Source: an uncultured Candidatus Saccharibacteria bacterium (lineage in GTDB: Bacteria; Patescibacteriota; Minisyncoccia; Phycocordibacterales; PALSA-1337). From it: a DNA stretch of 64,000 nt. Of the stretch, positions 8,716 through 17,148 are shown one piece after another. The stretch is from positions 26,016 to 90,015 of the forward strand of contig CAYOTK010000004.1 of assembly GCA_964406895.1 (NCBI GenBank), in the 5' to 3' direction. Position numbers and translations under genes: made by a program. Positions within the stretch are counted from its first letter, which is position 1. Each line of letters begins with the position of its first letter. The notes below the pieces were generated by a model. The model did no database searches, was not told where the DNA came from, and saw only the letters and a program-made list of their open reading frames with translations.

Positions 8716-9295
8716 AAAAAGTGTTAGAAAGTGCACCCAAAAAACTTTCCTCCGCTACAGAGCGTTGTGGCAAACATACGCATATGTAATTGTTCTTTTG
8801 GTCAACGGTAGTTCTGATGCGTCAGGGTTACCACAACAAAATTCCCAGCACCGCCTTGGTCGGTGGCGCTGGACTCAATTGAGTTCATGATTTTAGAGGA
8901 TCGTGAATTCATAGAGTATTACGCAGTGAAATAAGCATTAAAACAAAAAGAAGGCCCCATAAAGCTATAGGCCAGCATGACGGAATCAGATCAGGAAAAA
9001 GTGCGAGTGATTGCAAAATCTCTCTCCTCTAACCCTTCGACAAGCTCAGGATTATCCCGAGCAAAGTCGAGGGACAAACACGATTTCTTGGTTTGTCATC
9101 CAGTCGTTATGACCTGTAGCTTTATGGGGCTTTTTCATAATTCAAGACAATATACATTGCCACAATGTCAACATGGTTATTAGGTTGCTTAAAATATGGC
9201 TTATTATATAATTGATGCATGGTTCGAAACTCGATCCACCTTCACACTAGTGAATGGTAGGCCGAGACCATTTATTAGCATTAACAATAAATATA

Positions 9296-9568
9296 ATGAA
9301 CAAAGCAAGCATTGTAGAAGCAGTTCATGCAGTTCTCGGTGGAACAAAGGTTCAGGCCGAGCAAGCAGTAGAAGCAGTGATCAACAGTGTCATTGATTCT
9401 CTCAAGAAGGGTGAGGAGGTCTCAATCGCAGGTCTCGGCATCTTCTCGGTCAAACAGCGTGCAGCACGCGAGGCTCGTAACCCAAGGACAGGTGAATCCA
9501 TAAAGGTTCCTGCCATGAAGGTTCCTAAGTTCCGCGCCGCAAAGGCATTGAAGGATGCAGTAAAATAA
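9296..9568 (+). CDS. hup: HU family nucleoid DNA-binding protein
   Basis: MNKASIVEAVHAVLGGTKVQAEQAVEAVINSVIDSLKKGEEVSIAGLGIFSVKQRAAREARNPRTGESIKVPAMKVPKFRAAKALKDAV matches the HU/IHF signature (GFG.F.....R.GRNP.TGE...IPA...P.F.AGK.LKD). Start taken at the internal ATG (MNKAS). Confidence 0.85.
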   Translation: MNKASIVEAVHAVLGGTKVQAEQAVEAVINSVIDSLKKGEEVSIAGLGIFSVKQRAAREARNPRTGESIKVPAMKVPKFRAAKALKDAVK

Positions 9569-9598
9569 TACTTCAACTTCGTTTCTTACAGAAAAACA

Positions 9599-9635
9599 AG
9601 AACCACCCTGATTTTTAAGGGGTGGTTTTTGTTTT
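9599..9635 (+). terminator. Rho-independent terminator downstream of hup
   Basis: GAACCACCC / GGGUGGUU stem followed by UUUUGUUUUG. Confidence 0.5.
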
Positions 9636-9680
9636 GATAAAAAATTATGTACAGAGAGATGATATAATACGATCACAATC

Positions 9681-10433
9681 ATGGACATATCGCCAGACAG
9701 AAAACTTGTAACCAGTATGGAAATCGGCCCAGAAAGATTACCGAAAATCGAAGTCGACGTTTATAAAGACGCGGTAAATTACTGGGGTGCATGTAATCAT
9801 TCGATTCAATCTAAAGACTGGACGACTAGTATGGATCCCGATGTTGTTGAAAAAATTCGTGGCAAAACCAGAGAAGAGGCTGATAAGTTCCTCATCCCAT
9901 ATTTACAAGAAAAACATTTAGAAAAAACGCTCGAAATAGAGCGGTTTAAACAATTTGCACTCAAAGAGTTTAGCGAAAAATTTGAGACTGCATGTAATAA
10001 ACTTAAGCAGGTAATGTGTGGATATGAGATTTATAGAAATGATTTTACAATATTTATCACAACAATAAGTCGTCAACCCTACAACAAGGAAAACGGCTGG
10101 ATTTGGATGGGTATCAATAATACAGATCCGATACGCACATTTTTGCATGAATTATGTCATTTTCAATTTATTCATTATTGGCAAGAAAATACAGATTCGC
10201 CAGTAAGCAAACTTAGTCCTGAAGAATTCAATTATTTGAAAGAATCCTTAACAATGATTCTTGATGATGATTTCTTCCCTATTATACGAGCAGTAGACAG
10301 GGGCTATGAAGCACACCAAAGTTTTCGCGCCGTCTTAAAAGAATTCTGGTCAAAAAACAAAGATTTCAACGCGCTCGTTGATTATGCACTTAAAAGACTG
10401 CCGGAATTTATTTCAAAACCACAAAAAAATTAG
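9681..10433 (+). CDS. Hypothetical protein with HExxH motif (possible zinc metallopeptidase-like)
   Basis: 250-aa ORF with AT-rich codon usage. Contains FLHELCHFQF (HExxH). No further family assignment possible by eye. Confidence 0.5.
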   Translation: MDISPDRKLVTSMEIGPERLPKIEVDVYKDAVNYWGACNHSIQSKDWTTSMDPDVVEKIRGKTREEADKFLIPYLQEKHLEKTLEIERFKQFALKEFSEKFETACNKLKQVMCGYEIYRNDFTIFITTISRQPYNKENGWIWMGINNTDPIRTFLHELCHFQFIHYWQENTDSPVSKLSPEEFNYLKESLTMILDDDFFPIIRAVDRGYEAHQSFRAVLKEFWSKNKDFNALVDYALKRLPEFISKPQKN

Positions 10434-10454
10434 TATGTTCGTATTTTGTATACC

Positions 10455-11039
10455 CTATTTCCTCGCTACAAATTGAAACACATGCCCTGAGCGCACCTCA
10501 TGGTCTGCGTCTTTGTCATCATTCTCTTTCTCAACAAAATCCAAAATTTCTAAATCTTGCAATAATTTCTCGACCCTTTCCCTACTTGGATAAGTCTTAT
10601 CTAAACCACTATTACCAGCAGATTTGTCACGATTACCGAATAATTGACAGCAGAAAATACCGTCTTTCTTCAAACTATTCTTGATTTTCTCGAAAACCAT
10701 ATCGAAATTATTAGGGCTGCAAAAGTTCAAAGAAAACATTGCCGAAGCCAAGTCGTATTCATTTTCTGGAAATTGAAAATCCTCAAAAGATTCGATGACG
10801 GGGTGTAATTTATTATTGGCCAAACTGGTCGCCTCTTGAGCCAAAAGAGGACTATTATCAATAACCGTTACTTCGAAACCTTGTTTCAATAAATAAACAC
10901 AGTCTCTCAATGCCCCACCACCAATATCGATCGCCCTCCCTTTTGCTTTTACATACTTTTGAGCCTCAACAAGAAAAGAATATGGTGGCAAATTTCGAGT
11001 ATATTCATAATATTGAGACCAATCTGTTGTTTTTGCCAT
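10455..11039 (-). CDS. Class I SAM-dependent methyltransferase
   Basis: Motif I AIDIGGGALRD and a downstream acidic motif (VTVIDNSP). Overall TehB/UbiE-like fold pattern over 194 aa. Confidence 0.7.
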   Translation of the reverse strand: MAKTTDWSQYYEYTRNLPPYSFLVEAQKYVKAKGRAIDIGGGALRDCVYLLKQGFEVTVIDNSPLLAQEATSLANNKLHPVIESFEDFQFPENEYDLASAMFSLNFCSPNNFDMVFEKIKNSLKKDGIFCCQLFGNRDKSAGNSGLDKTYPSRERVEKLLQDLEILDFVEKENDDKDADHEVRSGHVFQFVARK

Positions 11040-11214
11040 AAGTTATATTTCTACTACTCACTTTTTCTACAAAATTTATTACAATACATTCATGACCTAA
11101 TAAATCTCTTATGAGAATGATCTGAAAAAATCTTAACACCGGAACAAATCAGTAGTGCCTGCACCGAGCGAGGAACAAACCCTCATCTTAGGCACAAACT
11201 TCAACGAATCGAGG

Positions 11215-11285
11215 TGCGGGCAGGGAGAATCGAACTCCCGTCTACACATTGGAAGTGTGTTATTCTACCACTAAACCATGCCCGC
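11215..11285 (-). tRNA. tRNA-Gly (anticodon UCC)
   Basis: The reverse complement reads GCGGGCAUGGUUUAGUGGUAGAAUAACACACUUCCAAUGUGUAGACGGGAGUUCGAUUCUCCCUGCCCGCA. It has a 7-bp acceptor, a GUUU/GAAU D-stem, an ACACA/UGUGU anticodon stem with loop CUUCCAA, and T-arm GGGAG-UUCGAUU-CUCCC. CC is encoded after the discriminator but the final A is not. Confidence 0.8.
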
Positions 11286-11363
11286 AATATTCAGTTATTT
11301 AAGAACAAAGTCAATACTAGCAATTATTTTTCGATATAACAAGACACTAATTTATCCAAAAAA

Positions 11364-11804
11364 TTATTTTTTATTTTCGTTTTCACTCTTTCCATCAACA
11401 ATCACCTCTTTGATCTCATCAATCTCCTTTTTCATCTCCTTGATTGTTGTTCTGATCTGCCCTATCTGCATTTCTTCCTCTTCTATTTCCTTCTCAGTTT
11501 TGTCCGTAACCTTCTTTTGCCCCTTCAAACCACTAATCAATATGGTGTCCCCTATAAAATAAGAAACAAACAATCCGGTAGCAAGCAAAACAATCAACAC
11601 CAAGATAAGACTTATAGGTTCATAGAATATGATGCCCCACCACCCTCCTTTGGCCTGAAGTATGTCGGCAGTATGCCAAACACCTCTCCAAAACAAAACA
11701 ATAGCCGTACCCCCTATCAACGTATAAAGAATAGGATAACGACTGAGGTGAACCCTGATCACATCCTCCAATTTATCAAAGAAATTTACTACTCTTTTTA
11801 TCAT
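11364..11804 (-). CDS. Hypothetical small membrane protein with Lys/Glu-rich C-terminus
   Basis: 146-aa ORF with two hydrophobic segments (LIGGTAIVLFW, ISLILVLIVLLATGLFV). AT-rich codon usage consistent with the host. Confidence 0.4.
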   Translation of the reverse strand: MIKRVVNFFDKLEDVIRVHLSRYPILYTLIGGTAIVLFWRGVWHTADILQAKGGWWGIIFYEPISLILVLIVLLATGLFVSYFIGDTILISGLKGQKKVTDKTEKEIEEEEMQIGQIRTTIKEMKKEIDEIKEVIVDGKSENENKK

Positions 11805-11831
11805 TTTTATGATTAATTTACTTAATATTCT

Positions 11832-11907
11832 TGGTCGGAGCGCCGGGATTCGAACCCGGAGTCACCTGTACCCAAAACAGGTATGTTAGCCGTTACACCA
11901 CGCTCCG
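11832..11907 (-). tRNA. tRNA-Pro (anticodon UGG), CCA encoded
   Basis: The reverse complement reads CGGAGCGUGGUGUAACGGCUAACAUACCUGUUUUGGGUACAGGUGACUCCGGGUUCGAAUCCCGGCGCUCCGACCA. Anticodon loop is UUUGGGU, T-arm is CCGGG-UUCGAAU-CCCGG, and the 3' CCA is genomically encoded. Confidence 0.8.
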
Positions 11908-11949
11908 TATGCAATGATATTAGCATAATATATCGAAATTGCACACGAA

Positions 11950-12348
11950 TCACAAAATAATATCCTGAATCCAATTGATATTCCCTGCCCTATTATCAGA
12001 ATCGATGTGAATTGCCAAAACGTGAAAATAAAATCTGATCTCATCACTTATTTTATTTTCATTCAAGTATGTTTCTATCATTCTGCGAATATGCTTCACC
12101 TTGAAACCATGAACATTCTCTTCCGGCCTATGGATGTCTGTTACATTTCCTATATTAAAAGTCGTGCTTTTTACCTCGAAGAAATGTATAGCACCATCCT
12201 TGAAACCAACAATATCTAATTCTCCCCATTTACGTTGGTAATTTCTAGCTATAATAGAAAAATTATTTTTCTTCAAGAAATCGCAAGCAATATCTTCTCC
12301 AATCTTTCCAAAGTATTTATTTTGTTTTTTGTTTGCATTATTTAACAT
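11950..12348 (-). CDS. YraN/UPF0102 family endonuclease-like protein
   Basis: 132-aa protein with GELDIVGFKDGAIHFFEVKS, matching the UPF0102 core (GE.DI.....L.FVEVK.R). Confidence 0.6.
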   Translation of the reverse strand: MLNNANKKQNKYFGKIGEDIACDFLKKNNFSIIARNYQRKWGELDIVGFKDGAIHFFEVKSTTFNIGNVTDIHRPEENVHGFKVKHIRRMIETYLNENKISDEIRFYFHVLAIHIDSDNRAGNINWIQDIIL

Positions 12349-12692
12349 AAATGTCCTGACTTTTAAACTTGAATAATAATAGTACGGCCCAAATTAGCCA
12401 CATTCACAGTATTCACAAATAATAGGACCAAAAAACACGAATATTAGCCATATTTCCTGTCTTTTATCACCACTATTAACAGACTTATCCACAGTTTGTC
12501 CTTTCAGCCCACGAATTTAAGCCGTATTTATCCGACTTATATGTGTATAAAGTACTGTCGTTTATACTTTACAATTCGTACTAATATTCCGCTCTAATAA
12601 AGCATTGTCTAACAAAAAACTACACACTTATTGTGCCTGCACCGAGCGAGGTGCTAAATCGAAATTATTTACTAATCACGAAAAAATTGAGG

Positions 12693-12763
12693 TGCGGGTA
12701 GGGAGAATCGAACTCCCACCTCGTCCTTGGCAAGGACGCGTCCTACCACTAAACGATACCCGC
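12693..12763 (-). tRNA. tRNA-Gly (anticodon GCC)
   Basis: The reverse complement reads GCGGGUAUCGUUUAGUGGUAGGACGCGUCCUUGCCAAGGACGAGGUGGGAGUUCGAUUCUCCCUACCCGCA. Anticodon loop is UUGCCAA. It is a paralog of the tRNA-Gly(UCC) and shares part of its 3' flank. Confidence 0.8.
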
Positions 12764-13001
12764 GGATTTCAACAAAAGGCATTATAGCCTATAATTTCAA
12801 AATTTGAAAGTTTTTACAAAACACTCTTGCTTCGCCAAAGGCTTCGCAAGACGAGTGCGTTTTTATAACTGTCCTACTACGCTCCTCACTCCGTTCGGAG
12901 CTTCGTAGGACTGCTTCGCGAAAGTGTATTATTGAGAATGCAATTAAACAAGTACTTGTACTGCGAAGCGACCCCAGCGATTAGCTGGGGTCGCGAAGCA
13001 G

Positions 13002-13075
13002 TACGCCCGGCAGGACTCGAACCTGCAACCCCTTGGTTCGAAGCCAAGTACTCTATCCAATTGAGCTACGGGCGC
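13002..13075 (-). tRNA. tRNA-Arg (anticodon UCG)
   Basis: The reverse complement reads GCGCCCGUAGCUCAAUUGGAUAGAGUACUUGGCUUCGAACCAAGGGGUUGCAGGUUCGAGUCCUGCCGGGCGUA. Anticodon loop is CUUCGAA, T-arm is GCAGG-UUCGAGU-CCUGC, with a G1-U72 wobble. CCA is not encoded. Confidence 0.7.
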
Positions 13076-13139
13076 GCATTGACATCATACCCTACTTGCA
13101 GTATTTGTGAAGTACTAAAATTAGTATATACTTGATTAC

Positions 13140-14609
13140 ATGATAATACCGAGTGAAATAAGCATAATCCTTGAAACGATCCGCAAATCCGGCCATGAAG
13201 CATATCTAGTCGGGGGTTGTGTTCGAGATATATTCCTCGGAAGAAAGCCAAAAGATTGGGACATAACAACGAATGCCAAGCCAGAAGAAATCCAGAAACT
13301 GTTTACAAAAACCGTGTATGAGAATATATACGGTACTGTAGCAGTAATAAACGAGGAAACTCTTGATGACACTCTAAGACAGGTAGAAATAACTCCCTAT
13401 CGACTAGAATCAATATATTCAGACAGCAGACACCCTGATCACGTAATATTTAGTGAGGAAATTGAAGATGATCTGAAAAGAAGAGACTTTACTATCAATT
13501 CCCTAGCTCTCAATGTCTCAGAAGATACAATAAAAGACACCATTGACCTTTTTGGCGGTTTAAAAGATATAAAAGACAAACTTATAAAGACAGTCGGCAA
13601 TCCAGACGATAGATTCACGGAAGATAGCCTTAGAATGATGCGTGCCATAAGACTGTCAGTTGAACTTGATTTCAAAATCGACATAGATACACTAAATTCT
13701 ATAAAGAAGCTAAACAAATCAATAAAACTGATAGCCATTGAGCGTGTAAGGGATGAATTCATAAAAATAATTATGTCTGACAGGCCTAAATTGGGCATTG
13801 AAATGCTGTATTCTACCGGATTATTGCAACATATAGTGCCAGAACTGATAAAAACAATCGGTGTTACACAAAACCAAGCTCATGCATATAATGTCTGGGA
13901 ACACCTGTTATTCAGTCTTCAACACGCTGCAGACAAGAAATGGCCTCTAGAAATAAGGCTTTCTGCCCTATTTCACGATATTTCAAAGCCACAAAAGAAG
14001 GGTCTTTCACGTGAAACAGGGATAATTACATTCTATGGACACGAATTGGCTGGTTCACGTGAAACACAAAAAATACTCGAAAGGCTCAAGTTTTCACGTG
14101 TAACTATAGACAAGATCGCCAAATTAGTGAGATGGCATATGTTCTTCTCGGATACCGAGATGATCACTCTATCGGCTGTTAGACGTATGATCGTTAACGT
14201 GGGACGCGAAAATATATGGGATTTAATGAATTTAAGAGTATGTGACAGAGTTGGCACCGGAAGACCTAAAGAAAATCCTTATAGGTTAAGAAAATACAAA
14301 GCAATGATCGAGGAGGCTCTGAGAGACCCAATCTCAGTTTCTATGCTGAAAATTGATGGAAACACTCTAATGAGTAAGTACAATCTCAAACCTGGTCCAA
14401 TCATAGGTAATATACTAAATGCACTTATGGAAGAGGTTCTAGAAGATCCAAAGCTAAATAATGAAGAATACCTGTTTTCACGTGTAAATGAACTAATATC
14501 TCTATCAGATAGTGAATTAAGAAAATTAGCAGATAAAGGCAAGGAAAAAAGAAATGAATTGGAAGAAAATGAAATAAAAGACATAAGAAATAAGCATCAC
14601 GTTGATTAG
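13140..14609 (+). CDS. cca: CCA-adding tRNA nucleotidyltransferase with C-terminal HD domain
   Basis: N-terminal nucleotidyltransferase motif YLVGGCVRD...DWDI, and an HD-domain region (HD at LFHDISKP). 489 aa. Confidence 0.85.
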   Translation: MIIPSEISIILETIRKSGHEAYLVGGCVRDIFLGRKPKDWDITTNAKPEEIQKLFTKTVYENIYGTVAVINEETLDDTLRQVEITPYRLESIYSDSRHPDHVIFSEEIEDDLKRRDFTINSLALNVSEDTIKDTIDLFGGLKDIKDKLIKTVGNPDDRFTEDSLRMMRAIRLSVELDFKIDIDTLNSIKKLNKSIKLIAIERVRDEFIKIIMSDRPKLGIEMLYSTGLLQHIVPELIKTIGVTQNQAHAYNVWEHLLFSLQHAADKKWPLEIRLSALFHDISKPQKKGLSRETGIITFYGHELAGSRETQKILERLKFSRVTIDKIAKLVRWHMFFSDTEMITLSAVRRMIVNVGRENIWDLMNLRVCDRVGTGRPKENPYRLRKYKAMIEEALRDPISVSMLKIDGNTLMSKYNLKPGPIIGNILNALMEEVLEDPKLNNEEYLFSRVNELISLSDSELRKLADKGKEKRNELEENEIKDIRNKHHVD

Positions 14610-14639
14610 TTTGTATAAAAGACAGAGTTATCCACAGTG

Positions 14640-15075
14640 TGTCCTTTACAGACATTCGTATAAGACATAAAATGTACACCAGATGGTTCGTCAACCGAGG
14701 AAAAAAGTTCAGAAAATATTTCCCATGAAATATCTGAACAAAAAGGACGAACACTGATCTTTGAAGTAAGGTGTGTTTGGGGTAAGGGTAGACCCCATCT
14801 AATTGATCAGTAACCATTAATATTTTTGTGTCGCTCTTTTGCTTGAGGAGCAATGAGAGTGCATGCTGTCATACAACAAAAATAGCCTCCCGACGGGAGA
14901 GCTCTTAAAAAAGACATGCGCACGCTCACCCAAGGAAAAGTCCTGACATCCATCCCTAGTAAGTGGTGTGAAAAGGGGATAAGGGTCTGTGGACCCATCG
15001 TGAGTTACTGACGCGCTTCGAGCCGCGTCCTTCGCATTCAATCTCTAGAGTGCCGACGCGGCTTCTTTTGTTATT
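14640..15075 (+). ncRNA. Candidate structured non-coding RNA in the 750-bp cca/TrmB-like gap (identity unresolved)
   Basis: About 50% GC in an AT-rich context with no credible ORF. Several hairpins (CUCCC-GAC-GGGAG, GGGUC-UGU-GGACCC, GACGCG...CGCGUC). An RNase P P4-like AGGAAAAGUCC motif is present, but its spacing to the following GUGAAAAGGGG element is not RNase-P-like. Ends with GCCG-ACG-CGGC plus UUCUUUUGUUAUUUG. Confidence 0.25.
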
Positions 15076-15361
15076 TGTAGAGTCTATTTTCAATTTAGTC
15101 CGCTCAGCAAAAACCCAGACATTTCACGCTACATTATTTGCATATAGACAAAAATTATTGTATTTCAAACTCGAGTTTTAGCAAAAATTCACAAGAATAC
15201 CGACATGATATGTAGTCAATAGTAAATTTCATTTAATGACGTCTATAAATTGAGTGAAAAAACGCCTAACGTTTTATTAATACGCTTATTTATGGCTGTA
15301 TAAAACAACCGTATTTTGAATTACTTTTTACTTCACCGTCAACCCTATAGGGCAATGATCA

Positions 15362-16129
15362 CTACCTATAAAAAACCTGATCCTTAGTTGTCTTCCACAT
15401 CACCTCAAAAAGCTCTTGATGCATCTTTATAGTACTTTTGTTTTCAATCACTATAGCCATAATCGGCATTTCTAACTGATGAATCAGAATCCTCTGTGGA
15501 GTTATAACCATATTTGTTGTTAATTTGGTCTCCGGCGGTAAAGCCCTGGCTTCCATGTTGAAATTCTTCTGAAATTGAAGGATCTTCTTACTTTCTTCAT
15601 TTTCCGGATCAGCAACTAAAATTCTGACACGGATTGGCAGTTTCGACCGCCTATCACGTAAGTCGTCGTAAAAAGCCTTGTCTAAGGCATAAGCCTTCTG
15701 CATACCAGCAATAATCATATAATCCTCTTTAGGCTTGATGTCAGTAAGTAAACTATTATAAACCGATCGAATTCCTTCCATGCCTTCATATATTCTTATT
15801 AAAGTCTCCCCGCCACCCTTATTGTATATATCCATAAAATCTCTTAAGCGGGTCTTCAGTTTGCTTTTCCTTTGTTCCAAAATAATTTCCAGCTTTTCTG
15901 GACTTTCGGCCGCAAATAAACTTTTAAAGCCTCTGAACTCAACTCTAACCAACCCTTTTTCTTTTAAAGCATCGATTACTGTGTATATGGTGGTTCTTTT
16001 TACTCCAGAAGCTCTAGAAATCTTCAAAACTGATGTAGGGCCAAGGGAAATCATGGCAAAATACACGGCCGACTCATGTTCGGATAGGCCAATGTCTTTC
16101 AGAATATCAAAATATTGATTCTTTTCCAT
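15362..16129 (-). CDS. TrmB-like HTH transcriptional regulator
   Basis: N-terminus MEKNQYFDILKDIGLSEHESAVYFAMISLGPTSVLKISRASGVKRTTIYTVIDALKEKGLV is a winged-helix TrmB-family pattern. 255 aa. Confidence 0.55.
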   Translation of the reverse strand: MEKNQYFDILKDIGLSEHESAVYFAMISLGPTSVLKISRASGVKRTTIYTVIDALKEKGLVRVEFRGFKSLFAAESPEKLEIILEQRKSKLKTRLRDFMDIYNKGGGETLIRIYEGMEGIRSVYNSLLTDIKPKEDYMIIAGMQKAYALDKAFYDDLRDRRSKLPIRVRILVADPENEESKKILQFQKNFNMEARALPPETKLTTNMVITPQRILIHQLEMPIMAIVIENKSTIKMHQELFEVMWKTTKDQVFYR

Positions 16130-16312
16130 TATTGTTTTAATAAAAGTGTCTAATAAATCGACAACATAAATACTAACATAATCAACAATATAATTAAACT
16201 TTCTTACGATATGACGACATTTTCGACTATTTTAGTGCTTAGTAATAAAATTTATCGAGAACGATTAAGCAATGTGCTTAATTGAAAAACGGTCTTAAAC
16301 ATAGGAGTCATT

Positions 16313-17059
16313 ATGTTGCAAGATAACAATAAGAAAATTCTCTGGTATCGTTTACGAGAAGCAGCGACAATAGGGAGCTCGTTGTTTCTTGTTTTTGGTC
16401 CCACTTTTCTATTTTGTGCAACCATAATTTATGGTTGTGAAAGGCGATATCCGATTGAATTATTCTCTGCCGCATCATGTGTCGTTGTGGCAATAGTAAT
16501 TGTCGGTTTTCTTTTGGCCCTTAGTGACAGTGTGCCGACAGGCAAATGGCTAATTGAAGTTCAGGGCGGAACAATTGTATTGGATAAGGAAACCAATAAA
16601 ATTGTGGAGGTACAGAATAAAAATGTGGTTCTAAGAAAGAGTCACCCAATCTTCAACGAAAAGTATCAATTTCTTACCATAAATCCCTCACAAGAAATTG
16701 GAATTACCATTCACCAATTGAAAGAAAAAAATGTAAACAATATTCATTGCAGGTTGACTCTGAAGATTAAGGAGGTGAATTGTCAAGGCTTTCAAGTCTT
16801 GTTTGACTTTCTAGTACGTAAAAAAATGTGGAAGGTTGACAGCGTTGATGGAGGAAAAACAGAGATCATTTGGCAGAGACCTGTTCGAGGCATGCTCTAT
16901 GATTTCTGCAACACGCATTCATTTCAACTGTCTGAGCTTTTCAACCCAATGAGAGAGGAGCAACAAGAACGGTTCGAAATCATTATGCACAGCTACTTTG
17001 ATCCACTTTTAGACGAATCCGGTATCGAAATCACTAGTTGCCGATTCTCAGTAAGCTGA
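16313..17059 (+). CDS. Hypothetical membrane protein (two N-terminal TM segments)
   Basis: 248-aa ORF with TM segments ATIGSSLFLVFGPTFLFCATIIYG and AASCVVVAIVIVGFLLAL. No known motif. Confidence 0.45.
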   Translation: MLQDNNKKILWYRLREAATIGSSLFLVFGPTFLFCATIIYGCERRYPIELFSAASCVVVAIVIVGFLLALSDSVPTGKWLIEVQGGTIVLDKETNKIVEVQNKNVVLRKSHPIFNEKYQFLTINPSQEIGITIHQLKEKNVNNIHCRLTLKIKEVNCQGFQVLFDFLVRKKMWKVDSVDGGKTEIIWQRPVRGMLYDFCNTHSFQLSELFNPMREEQQERFEIIMHSYFDPLLDESGIEITSCRFSVS

Positions 17060-17088
17060 AAAGCTATGTACCATTGATTCATTTTCAT

Positions 17089-17119
17089 CCCCCCGTCGAG
17101 TTTGCTCGTCGGGGGTTTT
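17089..17119. terminator. Bidirectional terminator between convergent ORF 16313..17059 and xth
   Basis: CCCCCGUCGAG / CUCGUCGGGGG stem with one U-U mismatch, followed by UUUUC on the + strand and an A-run on the other strand. Confidence 0.5.
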
Positions 17120-17148
17120 CATGAATTCAGAAAATATCACAAATAAAT

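Noticed and set aside
8977-9183. 68-aa ORF (MTESDQEKVRV...)
   Set aside because: It lies entirely inside the 20-bp-stem inverted-repeat structure at the GC/AT boundary. It has no RBS or family resemblance. More likely non-coding.
14925-14975. RNase P RNA assignment based on AGGAAAAGUCC and GUGAAAAGGGG motifs
   Set aside because: The two motifs are ~25 nt apart, whereas in bacterial RNase P RNA CR-I and CR-II are separated by ~110 nt of P5-P10. No complementary 3' P4 strand was found. Reported only as an unidentified candidate.
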